Assembly: GCA_964570065.1 (NCBI GenBank) | Contig: CAZMVZ010000005.1 | Location: forward strand, 1 to 61,749 | Length of the DNA stretch: 61,749 nt | DNA from: an uncultured Candidatus Poseidoniales archaeon | Lineage (GTDB): Archaea > Thermoplasmatota > Poseidoniia > Poseidoniales > Thalassarchaeaceae | Reading direction: 5' to 3' | Part shown: positions 53,535-61,749 of the stretch, in pieces | How the letters are laid out: each line of letters starts with the position of its first letter | Numbering within the stretch: the first letter of the stretch is position 1 | The notes under the pieces: model-generated | Told to the model about the DNA's origin: nothing | Database searches by the model: none | Seen by the model: the letters and a program-made list of their open reading frames with translations, nothing else | Translations under genes and position numbers: made by a program

Positions 53535-56500
53535 ATGAGTCAGAGCCCACAAAATACAGTCCTACGTTCAGATTACGATGCATCGATTATCGGATTATAC
53601 GCATCCTTAGTCGCAGGTGGGCTTATGCTGGCCTATGCGATATACTACGTCACCGTCGTAAATGTCAGCGACGACTACTCGTTCCTGACCCTTGGAATCA
53701 TTACCGGAGCCACAGCAGTTTCCGTGATAGGCATGCACGAGTGGTTCAGGCACCAATACGGGAAAGATAGGGCGGAGAACCCGATAGAGGAGTACGGCGG
53801 GGCCATAGCGGTTCTGATGGGGGCACTCTCAGCAGTGTGGCTATCCCGATTCGCAGTATTCTACGCGGGACCAGAGATGGAGTGGATAGCATACCAAGAA
53901 GGGGAGGTTTGGATGCCAGTCTGGCTAGCGGCACTGCAGACGGCGGCAATTCTTATGGTGATGGAGATCAGCACCTTCTCAATCCGGAGGCACTCACTCG
54001 GGACCCTCCCAAGGACTGTGGTGGTGCTAGCCCCCTTGGCCGTGGTTTTCAGCGGGGTCAAGATTTGGCTAGATTACTCAAGAGGCGAGTTGGAGGAGTT
54101 CATCACCATCTCAATCGTTCTTCTTACCGGTTCCGCCATCCTGTATTCACTCAGGCTAGACAGGGCCATCCTCTACCTCCTCGCCTCGGGCGCTGCAGTG
54201 GGTCTCCCGATTTTCATGTCCCTGAGCTCATGGGGGGAGACCGAGCACGCTAGCCTCCTAGTGCCCGCCGTTGTACTGGTTGGGATCACAGCTACCGATC
54301 GAAGCCTCTCCAAGAGAATGGTAGAGAACGGCTCCGGAGCGGTAGTGGCAGCCATCCTATTCTGCCAGATCATCGCTGCCGACGGCACAGAATTCATCAT
54401 CGCGGGACAGACGCTTTCCCAGCAACCATTCGGACTGACCTTCTGGCTTTGGGTCGCACTGCTCGTGGGCTGGTTCGCTCCGACCACGATGCAGAGAACT
54501 CCTGCGATGCCGGTTGGCCTGGCCCTTGCACTGGCCTTGCTCTCCGACGAGGCGGCAATGGTTGCATGGTTCGTGGGAGTCTCTGCCTTTGTCTACCTAG
54601 AGACCCATCCACAGGCTAGGGACTGGGTAGTCAGAGCCACATATGTCGCCATGGTTGTCTCATGGACGGTTTCCTCGTTCATCGGGGCAGGTGAGACGGA
54701 GGCTAACATCCTAGAAGTCGGAGGACTAACTATTGGCGTCATCGATGGTCTGTCTCTCCTTCTGTTCCCTGCCGTCTTGGCTCTGGGCATCTGGGCTCAA
54801 TCCAGAGGGAGGCTTAGGTTCTACGAAGGCCCCTCCCTTCTGCTCTTACTAGCATCCTTCAATGTGGATCTTATCGAGGAGGCCCACCTTCTCTTTGTTG
54901 GAATAATCATAGTCGCGACCCTGTATCAGCTGAACTCATTCCTGAGAACAAGGTCTGAAAGCGAGGAAAGCCAACTTGATTGGGGCACTGAGATCGTATT
55001 CCTGACCCTGATAGTTTCTCCAGTTGTTTTCTCAACACTATTCTCGTCCTTTGATTTATCTTCAGATGACGTTGTTTCTAGAGCACTCCCGCTAGTAGCA
55101 GCCGTTGGTCTGTTCGCGATTTCCCATATTTGGAGGGTGGAGAATGAGAGCCTCTCATTGAGGCCCGAGATGGCAGCCATCCTCTTCCTGATCTTCGTCT
55201 TCCTGATGTCCAACATAGACTCTAGCGAGTTCGCAACCTCTCCTACAGATGCCATCAGGATGACTCTCGCATGCACTGCCTTGGCCGTCGCCCTTCTGGC
55301 ATTCGAGGGAGGGGCTGCCTTCCAAACCACTCCTTCGGAGAGGCTGATAGGAATCTCATACCTCTCCATCGTCTCCATGGTCTCTGCTGTGATTATATCA
55401 GATGAGGGTGCCGACATCCTTGCACGCTCTACTCGTGACCTCTTGATCATCGCAGCCCCATTGATAGTAAACTTCCGCTTGAAGACTTTGCTCGACCTCT
55501 CTCAGGAGGCACGCAACTTCGGGACTCTGACGCTGTCGATCCTGCTGATCATTGGTCTGACCGACACTTCCGGTGGCCTACTTGCCATTCCCGTATTCGC
55601 AATCGCCGTTCAGAGGGCAGCGAAGCACGTTTCCACTCCGGTACTGGCCAGCCTGCCGGTATTCGCTGTAATCTACGCGTCCTTCTTCGGCTCAAACCCT
55701 GATGCTAACGACATCATTTGGAACATCATGGCAGAACTGCCATACTTGGGAGAGAATACCGATGTGCTGGTTTTCGACACCCCGAGGTGGGCGTCGATAC
55801 TAATGTTCTCCATCCCAGCTGCAGTCGCATTCTACCTGCCCTCAGAGAGGGCACGCGAGGAAGGATCACGATATGGTCCCGAGCAACTGTTCGGACCCGG
55901 ATTGGCATTTCTCATGGGGATCGCCTTCCTGCTCCCAGATCCAAGAGCCGCACCAATACTCATCGTGGCCGCTCTCACATACGCGGCATGGAAGTACGGG
56001 GTCGTGCTTTGGTTCTGGGTATCTCCTCTAGCCTGGTTCTGGGCCTCATCGGTGCTTTTCGATTACATTGGGGATGTATCGTTTGTCATCGACGCCGATT
56101 TCGCAAGGGTCGTCGGGGGTCTTGCCGGAATGTCCCAGTACGTCCTCGTCCGTAATGGGGTGCTCCTGCATAATGCCGTCCGAGACTCCTTCGAACAAGA
56201 CACCAATTTCTATGACTACGTCGGTGCAGCGTCGAGCTTGCAAGGCTACTCTTTCTTCCTGCTTTCAGGGGGAATCTCCGGTGCTATCCCGTTCATATCG
56301 GCCCTGTTAGCAGCATGGGAGGGCCTCAAGAGCGGGATCCCGATCCTCCTCCATGGCTCTGTCTTCGTTCAGACTCTGACGCTTTGGTGGTGGATCGATG
56401 AGGATTTCTCCACCTATTCCGACAATGCGTTACTGTGGCCGATTGCTATTGGGCTGGCCATGGTGTACCTATCTTGGTCAAGGAAGGACCCATATGGCCA

Positions 56501-57254
56501 GGTCGTCGAGGGAATTGCGACTAATATCCCTGAGGAATCTGTCAACGATGCTTTCGATATCGAGAAGGACTTCGGCCTGTTTGGCTCTGCCTTTTTCCTC
56601 TTCGCAATGCTAATCTACTCCAATTTGATAGAATTTGAGGTTGCCTTCGGAATCTCGATAGTGATCCTCTCCCTCCATCATGTGGTCGTAGGCTTCAGCC
56701 GCGACCATGGATGGAGAAGGATGATCAGCCTCGTCGGCATGCCATCTGGCCTGGTATACACGGGACTCGAAGAAGGCGAATTGATATTGGTCCTCATGCT
56801 TTTCCTAGCGGCGCTGACCCTGATCGGACAAGCGGTCCTCTATGCTTCGCGTGGAGGGTTAGAGATCGGTAGCACAATCGAAGGGGCCACCCCCTTCGTC
56901 TCCGAGGTCGGGGTCCCTGACCAAGAGCCAGAAGTGCCTTTGATGGACAAAGATGACCCCTCCGAGCTGAAGCCTTCCGAATTATCTGATCACTCGGAGG
57001 AAATTGACTCCCCTGTCGAAGAGGAAGAATCCGAGTCAGAGCCAGTTGAGGCTCGATCGCCTTCCCCTCTATTCGCATCGGACACAGCCCCCTTCGGGAT
57101 TAGATTGGATCCCCCATTGGTCTCCAACCTAAGGGCAATGATTGCTGCAAACAACAGTGTTGACTTCAACAAGTGGTCCCCTGTACTGGGAATCAGTAGC
57201 AACGGTGCTATAGTTCTCAATTGGGAGATTAAGAAGGGTACTGAGGAGGAGTGA
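53535..57254 (+). CDS. giant polytopic membrane protein (1239 aa, probably more than 25 TM helices) with an acidic C-terminal tail; function unknown
   Basis: Nearly continuous hydrophobic helices across ~1130 aa, then EPEVPLMDKDDPSELKPSELSDHSEEIDSPVEEEESESEPVE and a small C-terminal module. No catalytic motif recognised. Confidence 0.7.
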   Translation: MSQSPQNTVLRSDYDASIIGLYASLVAGGLMLAYAIYYVTVVNVSDDYSFLTLGIITGATAVSVIGMHEWFRHQYGKDRAENPIEEYGGAIAVLMGALSAVWLSRFAVFYAGPEMEWIAYQEGEVWMPVWLAALQTAAILMVMEISTFSIRRHSLGTLPRTVVVLAPLAVVFSGVKIWLDYSRGELEEFITISIVLLTGSAILYSLRLDRAILYLLASGAAVGLPIFMSLSSWGETEHASLLVPAVVLVGITATDRSLSKRMVENGSGAVVAAILFCQIIAADGTEFIIAGQTLSQQPFGLTFWLWVALLVGWFAPTTMQRTPAMPVGLALALALLSDEAAMVAWFVGVSAFVYLETHPQARDWVVRATYVAMVVSWTVSSFIGAGETEANILEVGGLTIGVIDGLSLLLFPAVLALGIWAQSRGRLRFYEGPSLLLLLASFNVDLIEEAHLLFVGIIIVATLYQLNSFLRTRSESEESQLDWGTEIVFLTLIVSPVVFSTLFSSFDLSSDDVVSRALPLVAAVGLFAISHIWRVENESLSLRPEMAAILFLIFVFLMSNIDSSEFATSPTDAIRMTLACTALAVALLAFEGGAAFQTTPSERLIGISYLSIVSMVSAVIISDEGADILARSTRDLLIIAAPLIVNFRLKTLLDLSQEARNFGTLTLSILLIIGLTDTSGGLLAIPVFAIAVQRAAKHVSTPVLASLPVFAVIYASFFGSNPDANDIIWNIMAELPYLGENTDVLVFDTPRWASILMFSIPAAVAFYLPSERAREEGSRYGPEQLFGPGLAFLMGIAFLLPDPRAAPILIVAALTYAAWKYGVVLWFWVSPLAWFWASSVLFDYIGDVSFVIDADFARVVGGLAGMSQYVLVRNGVLLHNAVRDSFEQDTNFYDYVGAASSLQGYSFFLLSGGISGAIPFISALLAAWEGLKSGIPILLHGSVFVQTLTLWWWIDEDFSTYSDNALLWPIAIGLAMVYLSWSRKDPYGQVVEGIATNIPEESVNDAFDIEKDFGLFGSAFFLFAMLIYSNLIEFEVAFGISIVILSLHHVVVGFSRDHGWRRMISLVGMPSGLVYTGLEEGELILVLMLFLAALTLIGQAVLYASRGGLEIGSTIEGATPFVSEVGVPDQEPEVPLMDKDDPSELKPSELSDHSEEIDSPVEEEESESEPVEARSPSPLFASDTAPFGIRLDPPLVSNLRAMIAANNSVDFNKWSPVLGISSNGAIVLNWEIKKGTEEE

Positions 57255-57298
57255 GGAAAGATAACCTAGGGCCCCCATAGGCTCTAGCGAATTCTGGC

Positions 57299-57505
57299 TC
57301 ACTCTTCTTCTGCGTCGCCGATCTTTCTGACGTTGACTGCATTTGGTCCCTTGGGACTCTCTCCAACTTCGAACTCGACTAGGTCTCCCTCGCCAATCCT
57401 TCCTTCTACTTCGGTAGTATGGACGAAGAGGTCATCACCATCTTCCCGTCCAATGAAACCGAATCCTTTCACATAGTTGAACCACTTCACAGTTCCTGTC
57501 GCCAT
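57299..57505 (-). CDS. cspA: cold-shock protein (CspA family, OB fold)
   Basis: [33 protein letters not shown] contains RNP1 (KGFGFI) and RNP2 (LFVH). Confidence 0.93.
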   Translation of the reverse strand: MATGTVKWFNYVKGFGFIGREDGDDLFVHTTEVEGRIGEGDLVEFEVGESPKGPNAVNVRKIGDAEEE

Positions 57506-57562
57506 GAACCCACGCTCCCAAAACAGGTTATTGAACTAGACTGCTGATTGGGGTCCTTTAAC

Positions 57563-58711
57563 CTAGAACACATCATCCTCATCCGCAGGCTCGTCAAACG
57601 AAATCACTCCTCCGGATTTGCCACCCTTGCCCTTGGTAGCGGCCTTCTTTGCTGGGGCCTTCTTTGCTGGGGCCTTCTTGGGCTGCTCCTCCGCATCTCC
57701 TGTCAATTGGCTCTTTCTAGCAGCCGCAGCCTCCTCCTCCCTCTTTTTCAACTCCTCTGGATCGATTCCCTGCTGGGCTGCAAGTTTAGCCCTACGTTCG
57801 TCACGAGCTCTGATCTCTAGCAGGCGCTGCCTCGCCTTGTCATAGTGCTGGAGCATGTACATTGCATCGTGCTCTAGTAGAGGGGAATCCGAGATTATCG
57901 TGATGTCCATCCAATCACCTTCCTCTGCCAGGTACTCAGCGAAGGGCTCGAACTTCAGGTCAGACTTCTTGATCTGGGTGTAGTGGAGTGCGTTCCCCAT
58001 CCTGTGCTCGACTCCTGCGAAGTGGCAATAGAATGTGGAACCGCCGTAGGTTTCTCTGGCTTGGTCGAACAGCTCCGCATAATCCTCGCTGGTCCTAAGC
58101 CTGCCGTGCCCTCGAGCGTGAATGTGACCCATATTCAAAACTGGAACAGTCCCCTCTACGTGGTTGCAGACTTCCAGAACCTCCTCGACGGTCCCCCAAA
58201 GCTCCTGCCTCCCCGAGGTCTCAATCCCAACCAGCGATGGCTCCGACTCGTGGACCCAAGGGAATGCGGCGTAATCCTCTTCCTCCTCTTCGACACCCCA
58301 TACTTCTCTGACTCTCTCGACAATTCCTGACATGACGTTTGCGACCTGTTCGTTCGCTGCAGTTCCCGGGTCGTACTCCCCATACGGGCCCACGTGGAAT
58401 GTCAGGTGCCTAGCGTTGATTATCTTGCCAGCCTGTAGGCTCGTCTCCATCTTTGAAAGGGTCCTGTTCCTCTCCCTCTTGTTCCCAAGTAGCTCTGCGT
58501 AGTAAGGTCCATGCATGTTCATCTCGAAGTCAGACTTCCACGACAAGATGCCAGCCTGCCAGTATTGGTCGAAGTGCTGGGGCTGGATGGTTCGGACCGT
58601 CTGAACCTCCATTGCATCCAATCCCAATACGGTGATGTCGTCCATCCCCTCGACAATGGTGCGGCCCTTGCAAGAGAGGGGAACTCCTGCAGGCCCTAGT
58701 TTGAGTGGCAT
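57563..58711 (-). CDS. AP endonuclease family 2 (endonuclease IV-like) TIM-barrel protein with a Lys/Ala/Pro-rich basic C-terminal tail
   Basis: NMHGPYY, LTFHVGPYG, LVGIETSGR, VLNMGHIHARG and FYCHFAGVEH parallel the metal-ligand blocks of Nfo-type TIM barrels. Tail QPKKAPAKKAPAKKAATKGKGGK. ATG at 58711 (track TTG at 58753). Confidence 0.65.
   Translation of the reverse strand: MPLKLGPAGVPLSCKGRTIVEGMDDITVLGLDAMEVQTVRTIQPQHFDQYWQAGILSWKSDFEMNMHGPYYAELLGNKRERNRTLSKMETSLQAGKIINARHLTFHVGPYGEYDPGTAANEQVANVMSGIVERVREVWGVEEEEEDYAAFPWVHESEPSLVGIETSGRQELWGTVEEVLEVCNHVEGTVPVLNMGHIHARGHGRLRTSEDYAELFDQARETYGGSTFYCHFAGVEHRMGNALHYTQIKKSDLKFEPFAEYLAEEGDWMDITIISDSPLLEHDAMYMLQHYDKARQRLLEIRARDERRAKLAAQQGIDPEELKKREEEAAAARKSQLTGDAEEQPKKAPAKKAPAKKAATKGKGGKSGGVISFDEPADEDDVF
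57641..57685. repeat. 15-nt tandem repeat GGCCTTCTTTGCTGG, about 2.7 copies (encodes the PAKKA repeats of the tail)
   Basis: Read directly: 57641-57655 and 57656-57670 are identical, and a third partial copy follows. Confidence 0.85.
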
Positions 58712-58789
58712 CCCTTTGGCCTCGCGGGTCCGGCCGAACGGGTGCCCCTTCAAAAGGGGTTTCAGGTGATGACTTCGCGGGAAGCAGGA

Positions 58790-59443
58790 TTAGTCCAGTG
58801 AGGACTGCGCCGCAGATACGATTCCAGACGTCCCGGAGCCCGATTGGGGTAGTTCGCAGAGGAACCCTGCGAGCCATCCTTCCAAACTCAATTCCCTTTC
58901 TACTTCAACGATCTCCTGACCCAGTGAGTGAGAAACACTCGCGACCCTCTTCTCTGGGTCGAAAGAGCACACTATCGGGACAAGGCCCCTGCTTCTGATT
59001 TCCCCTAGCAGCAGGCCTTCTTCGATGCCCTCCAATTCTGCTACGGCCCTCATCGCCTCCGGTCCGATGAAAATCAGGTGAATCTGCCTGATTCGTTCAA
59101 TAACAGAACCCCACGCCTCTTCCAGACGACCAGGTTCCTCGGGCACGTCGACGACCATGGCAGTCTTGCAACCCTCTAGCTCAGCGAATGTCATGGACGA
59201 ACCCCAGGCCCACTTCATCGACCCTCCGTCTAGGGGGCAGGAAGAAGATAGCACTAGCCAGTGCTTCGACTCTAGCACCCCCCTCCAATCTATGAGGCCA
59301 TGGTCGAATTCACTTATCTCGCTTCGATCAATTATGAATTTGGCATCTGCCCCGATTTCTAGCGAGCTCTCCACCACGGCAGATGCGCCGTCGCTCCGGT
59401 CTCGGCGCCCAAGACCCACCATCCTAACTGGAGCCATGTCCAT
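58790..59443 (-). CDS. hypothetical protein, possibly a degenerate PfkB/ribokinase-like fold
   Basis: 217-aa ATG ORF. HLIFIGPEAMRAVAE and SLEGWLAGFLCEL sit where PfkB kinases have the 'start of C-terminal lobe' and GAGD-anion-hole motifs, but GAGD itself is absent. Confidence 0.4.
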   Translation of the reverse strand: MDMAPVRMVGLGRRDRSDGASAVVESSLEIGADAKFIIDRSEISEFDHGLIDWRGVLESKHWLVLSSSCPLDGGSMKWAWGSSMTFAELEGCKTAMVVDVPEEPGRLEEAWGSVIERIRQIHLIFIGPEAMRAVAELEGIEEGLLLGEIRSRGLVPIVCSFDPEKRVASVSHSLGQEIVEVERELSLEGWLAGFLCELPQSGSGTSGIVSAAQSSLD

Positions 59444-59477
59444 GCAGCCCCCTCCGCATGCTAGTGAAGAGGGTTGC

Positions 59478-60530
59478 CTATTCCAACTTCCATCTCAGTA
59501 GGGCGATTGCACCACCCATTCCTTGGAGTTGCTTGCCCGCATCGTGCTCTGTCGAAGCCTGAATCACCTTTCCGCCAGATGCCTCGACTGCTTCCGCTAT
59601 TGGACCCCATTTGGAGGGGCCTTCTTCAGTCCGCAGTAGTCCAGCCTCTATGGCCAAGGTCTCTACAGCGCCCTGCGCCGCAGCATCAGATATCATCCCC
59701 ATTCCATAACTAACCGCACCATCCGTTGAGACCCTCTTCAGACCCTCCTCTATCGCTCTGACCTGCTCCACGATAGCATGCTCCCCCAGTAGAGAGTCGG
59801 CCAATCCATCCGCTAGCACCTCGTTTGCTGCGGCCCTCCCGCCAATCGAGGTCGGGGCATTGACAATCTTGTTTTCAGCCCCCAATCCCCTCAACAGTTT
59901 TTCGAAGCCCTCTCTCGCCATCCCCGGTCCGCAGATGATCAATGGCATCTCATTCGGGAAGACCATCCTCGTCTCCTTGGAGACTTTCTCGAAGAACTCC
60001 TTGCTAACTGCAGATGAGTCACCTGTCCTCTTGCCCCCTCCCCTCAAGTTGAACTGCGACACGTCCCTAATACCGTGACTTGCAACTTCGAATATCAGAA
60101 CCTCGTCGTTCTCCACCACTATAAGCCCGGAACGAGCCTTGCTACCGGATGAGATCGCCTCTTTGATCAGGGAGGAGTCAGCCCTGGACAACCCCCCTTC
60201 TCGAGTCAGCTCGATTTCGTCTCCAGATGAAATTACATGGGTGTGGTGGCTGCCGATGTCAATCTTCGCCTCCTTGATGATGCCATGCACCCTGAGATTG
60301 TCCGTGAATGGCTGGAATGCGGTCTCGGAGCACTCCAGGACAATCCACATCGGCTTCCTCTCGGCGCTCTTCGCCCTCCCGTCCTCCTTCGTCCCTGTGG
60401 TCGAGTCCCTCCGATGGGACAGCATGCCAACCAGACAGCCAGTGCCGCATACCTGGGATAGGACCCACAGGTCATCCTCGCTCTGGACCCTAATCCTCAG
60501 GCCCTCATCCAGCCTCTTGACGCGACGCAT
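59478..60530 (-). CDS. pelA: mRNA surveillance protein Pelota (Dom34 homolog)
   Basis: The internal ATG at 60530 gives MRRVKRLDEGLRIRVQSEDDLWVLSQV..., the typical Pelota N-terminus. Central and C-terminal eRF1-like domains (PLIICGPGMAREGF, VETLAI). The track N-terminal extension overlaps aroE. Confidence 0.85.
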   Translation of the reverse strand: MRRVKRLDEGLRIRVQSEDDLWVLSQVCGTGCLVGMLSHRRDSTTGTKEDGRAKSAERKPMWIVLECSETAFQPFTDNLRVHGIIKEAKIDIGSHHTHVISSGDEIELTREGGLSRADSSLIKEAISSGSKARSGLIVVENDEVLIFEVASHGIRDVSQFNLRGGGKRTGDSSAVSKEFFEKVSKETRMVFPNEMPLIICGPGMAREGFEKLLRGLGAENKIVNAPTSIGGRAAANEVLADGLADSLLGEHAIVEQVRAIEEGLKRVSTDGAVSYGMGMISDAAAQGAVETLAIEAGLLRTEEGPSKWGPIAEAVEASGGKVIQASTEHDAGKQLQGMGGAIALLRWKLE

Positions 60531-60604
60531 TGCTCCACCCTCCGGCACTCTCGGTGAAGCGACGCTCTTGAAACCTTCATCGGCAATCACTGCTTGCGAG
60601 TGCC

Positions 60605-61330
60605 ATGAATGCGCCTGCCTACTGGGGTATCGCAGGTAGCCCCATCTCGCATTCCCTGACTCCCAGGCTTTTCTCTGTCGTAGGGGAGGCATTGGGAATG
60701 GATCAGGCCGAGCAGGTATTCATCGAAGCTACAAGCATAGAGGAGTTTGAGTCGAAGGTAGGCATCCTAGAGGGTGGCCTATGGCTGTCTTGCACTGCTC
60801 CTCTGAAGCACTCCCCCCAGTCTCGATTGGGGGTAGAAGGGCCCGATAACGTCAACGCAATCAACCAACTTATGAGGTCGAACGGGCAGTGGAAAGGGGC
60901 CAGCACAGACGGGGCAGGCTTCGTCTCTGCTTGCAGGCATATCGGTGTTGAACCCTCAGAATCAACTCTCAGGATGAGGGGTGGTGGATCGGCCGCTCGT
61001 TCTATCGCCTCCGCATGGTCTTCAGAAGGAGGGTCGATTATCCCAGAGGAAGGACGCAGGCCTCTCGTAGGTGGGCCATGGAAGGCAAGTTTAGTGAAGT
61101 CCGTAAATGCGGATATTTCAATCGATCTGGATGCAGCCCCGGCAGGAGGGGAGTCCGTGGAATTGGAGGCAGAAGTGCAGGTTTCCATATCATACAATGA
61201 AGCCTCATCTAAGGGGGACTTCGCTGTCGTCATGGTAGTCGCGCAGCACCTCGAGGCATGGAAATCCCTCTTCGCCCCTTCAAGAGAGAAAGAAATGCCT
61301 AGTCTGGAAGAAGTCCTTTCCGCCCTCTGA
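60605..61330 (+). CDS. aroE: shikimate dehydrogenase (AroE), short form
   Basis: YWGIAGSPISHSLTPRLFS (substrate motif GxPxxHSxSP), CTAPLKHS, NAINQL...WKGASTDGAGF, GGGSAARSIA. Confidence 0.75.
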   Translation: MNAPAYWGIAGSPISHSLTPRLFSVVGEALGMDQAEQVFIEATSIEEFESKVGILEGGLWLSCTAPLKHSPQSRLGVEGPDNVNAINQLMRSNGQWKGASTDGAGFVSACRHIGVEPSESTLRMRGGGSAARSIASAWSSEGGSIIPEEGRRPLVGGPWKASLVKSVNADISIDLDAAPAGGESVELEAEVQVSISYNEASSKGDFAVVMVVAQHLEAWKSLFAPSREKEMPSLEEVLSAL

Positions 61331-61332
61331 CA

Positions 61333-61722
61333 TTATTCTTCGGAGTCCGAAGAACCGCGGTTCTCATCATATGCGATGCAAGGAGTCAGCGTAAGAATAC
61401 CACCGAAACAGATAATCATGAGTAAATCACTCGCTGGATAGTCAGGGGCTCCTTCTCCTATCATCCAGAGATATTGGGAGATTAACAAAGCAACCGCTGC
61501 CATTGCACCACCGTGCCAGGGCCGCATCGGCCCCAGCTCCCTGCCCATTACGGCCGTAAGTAGGAACACCAGGACCCCGAGTATACCCACTGCCAGCCCA
61601 CCCTGTGCAATTGTCTGCTCGGTAGAGTCTAGTATGATGGTAAATTCTCCCCCTTCTTCCTCGCCTTCTGTGAGTTCGCCCTCCATAGCCAAACTTCCTA
61701 AACCGGACATCATGAACATCAT
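61333..61722 (-). CDS. hypothetical membrane protein
   Basis: 129-aa ATG ORF with three or four hydrophobic helices and an acidic loop (TEGEEEGGEF). Confidence 0.45.
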   Translation of the reverse strand: MMFMMSGLGSLAMEGELTEGEEEGGEFTIILDSTEQTIAQGGLAVGILGVLVFLLTAVMGRELGPMRPWHGGAMAAVALLISQYLWMIGEGAPDYPASDLLMIICFGGILTLTPCIAYDENRGSSDSEE

Positions 61723-61749
61723 GAACAGAGCGAAGACAATCCAAAGAAT

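Noticed and set aside
54926-55450. 174-aa minus-strand ORF (and several others, such as 53837-54253 and 55718-56155) within the giant membrane gene
   Set aside because: These are shadow ORFs of a long GC-rich hydrophobic coding region, with no independent support.
60139-61233. 166-aa plus ORF (60139-60639) and 176-aa minus ORF (60703-61233)
   Set aside because: They are antisense to the pelota and aroE genes respectively, both of which have clear family motifs.
1-61749. Scan for CRISPR arrays, transposases, integrases, reverse transcriptases, toxin-antitoxin pairs and other known defence genes
   Set aside because: No regularly spaced direct repeats were seen, and none of the listed ORFs shows the hallmark motifs (DDE, tyrosine or serine recombinase, YxDD, Cas). 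The only tandem repeat found is the 15-nt coding repeat at 57641-57685.

Overview
Dense (about 90% coding) archaeal chromosomal window. Archaeal identity is shown by a complete A-type ATP synthase operon (atpHIKECFABD, minus strand, 35.4-44.0 kb), Orc1/Cdc6 next to an AT-rich putative origin, PCNA, TFS, Nop5-fibrillarin, RPA plus an RPA-associated OB-fold protein, Pelota, GGPP synthase and geranylgeranyl reductase. Mixed in are bacterial- or eukaryote-type genes: GlpX, class I aldolase, Fpg, RNase PH, CspA, an ABC exporter and a beta-oxidation/aryl-CoA set. That mix with roughly 50% GC suggests an uncultured marine planktonic euryarchaeote (Marine Group II / Poseidoniales-like), but this is inference only. 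RNA genes: tRNA-Gly(UCC), tRNA-Phe(GAA), and a roughly 320-nt ORF-free, GC-rich, highly self-complementary segment (10.81-11.13 kb) that I read as a structured ncRNA (SRP/7S RNA or RNase P RNA; unresolved by eye). I found no CRISPR array, transposase, integrase, reverse transcriptase or recognisable defence system. Most worth a second look: (i) the origin-proximal low-GC block at 7.7-14.4 kb, holding an ORB-like dyad, an 876-aa orphan with an N-terminal winged helix, the ncRNA, a PPAT-DPCK fusion, Orc1 and the ORB/DUE region; (ii) a three-gene operon with a divergent TBP-fold paralog and a TatD-related hydrolase; (iii) several apparent pseudo-enzymes (M50 protease with NExxH, HemC-like, PfkB-like); (iv) a geranylgeranyl reductase whose FAD-binding motif lies upstream of any canonical start codon. 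All homology calls come from motif recognition by eye. No searches were run.
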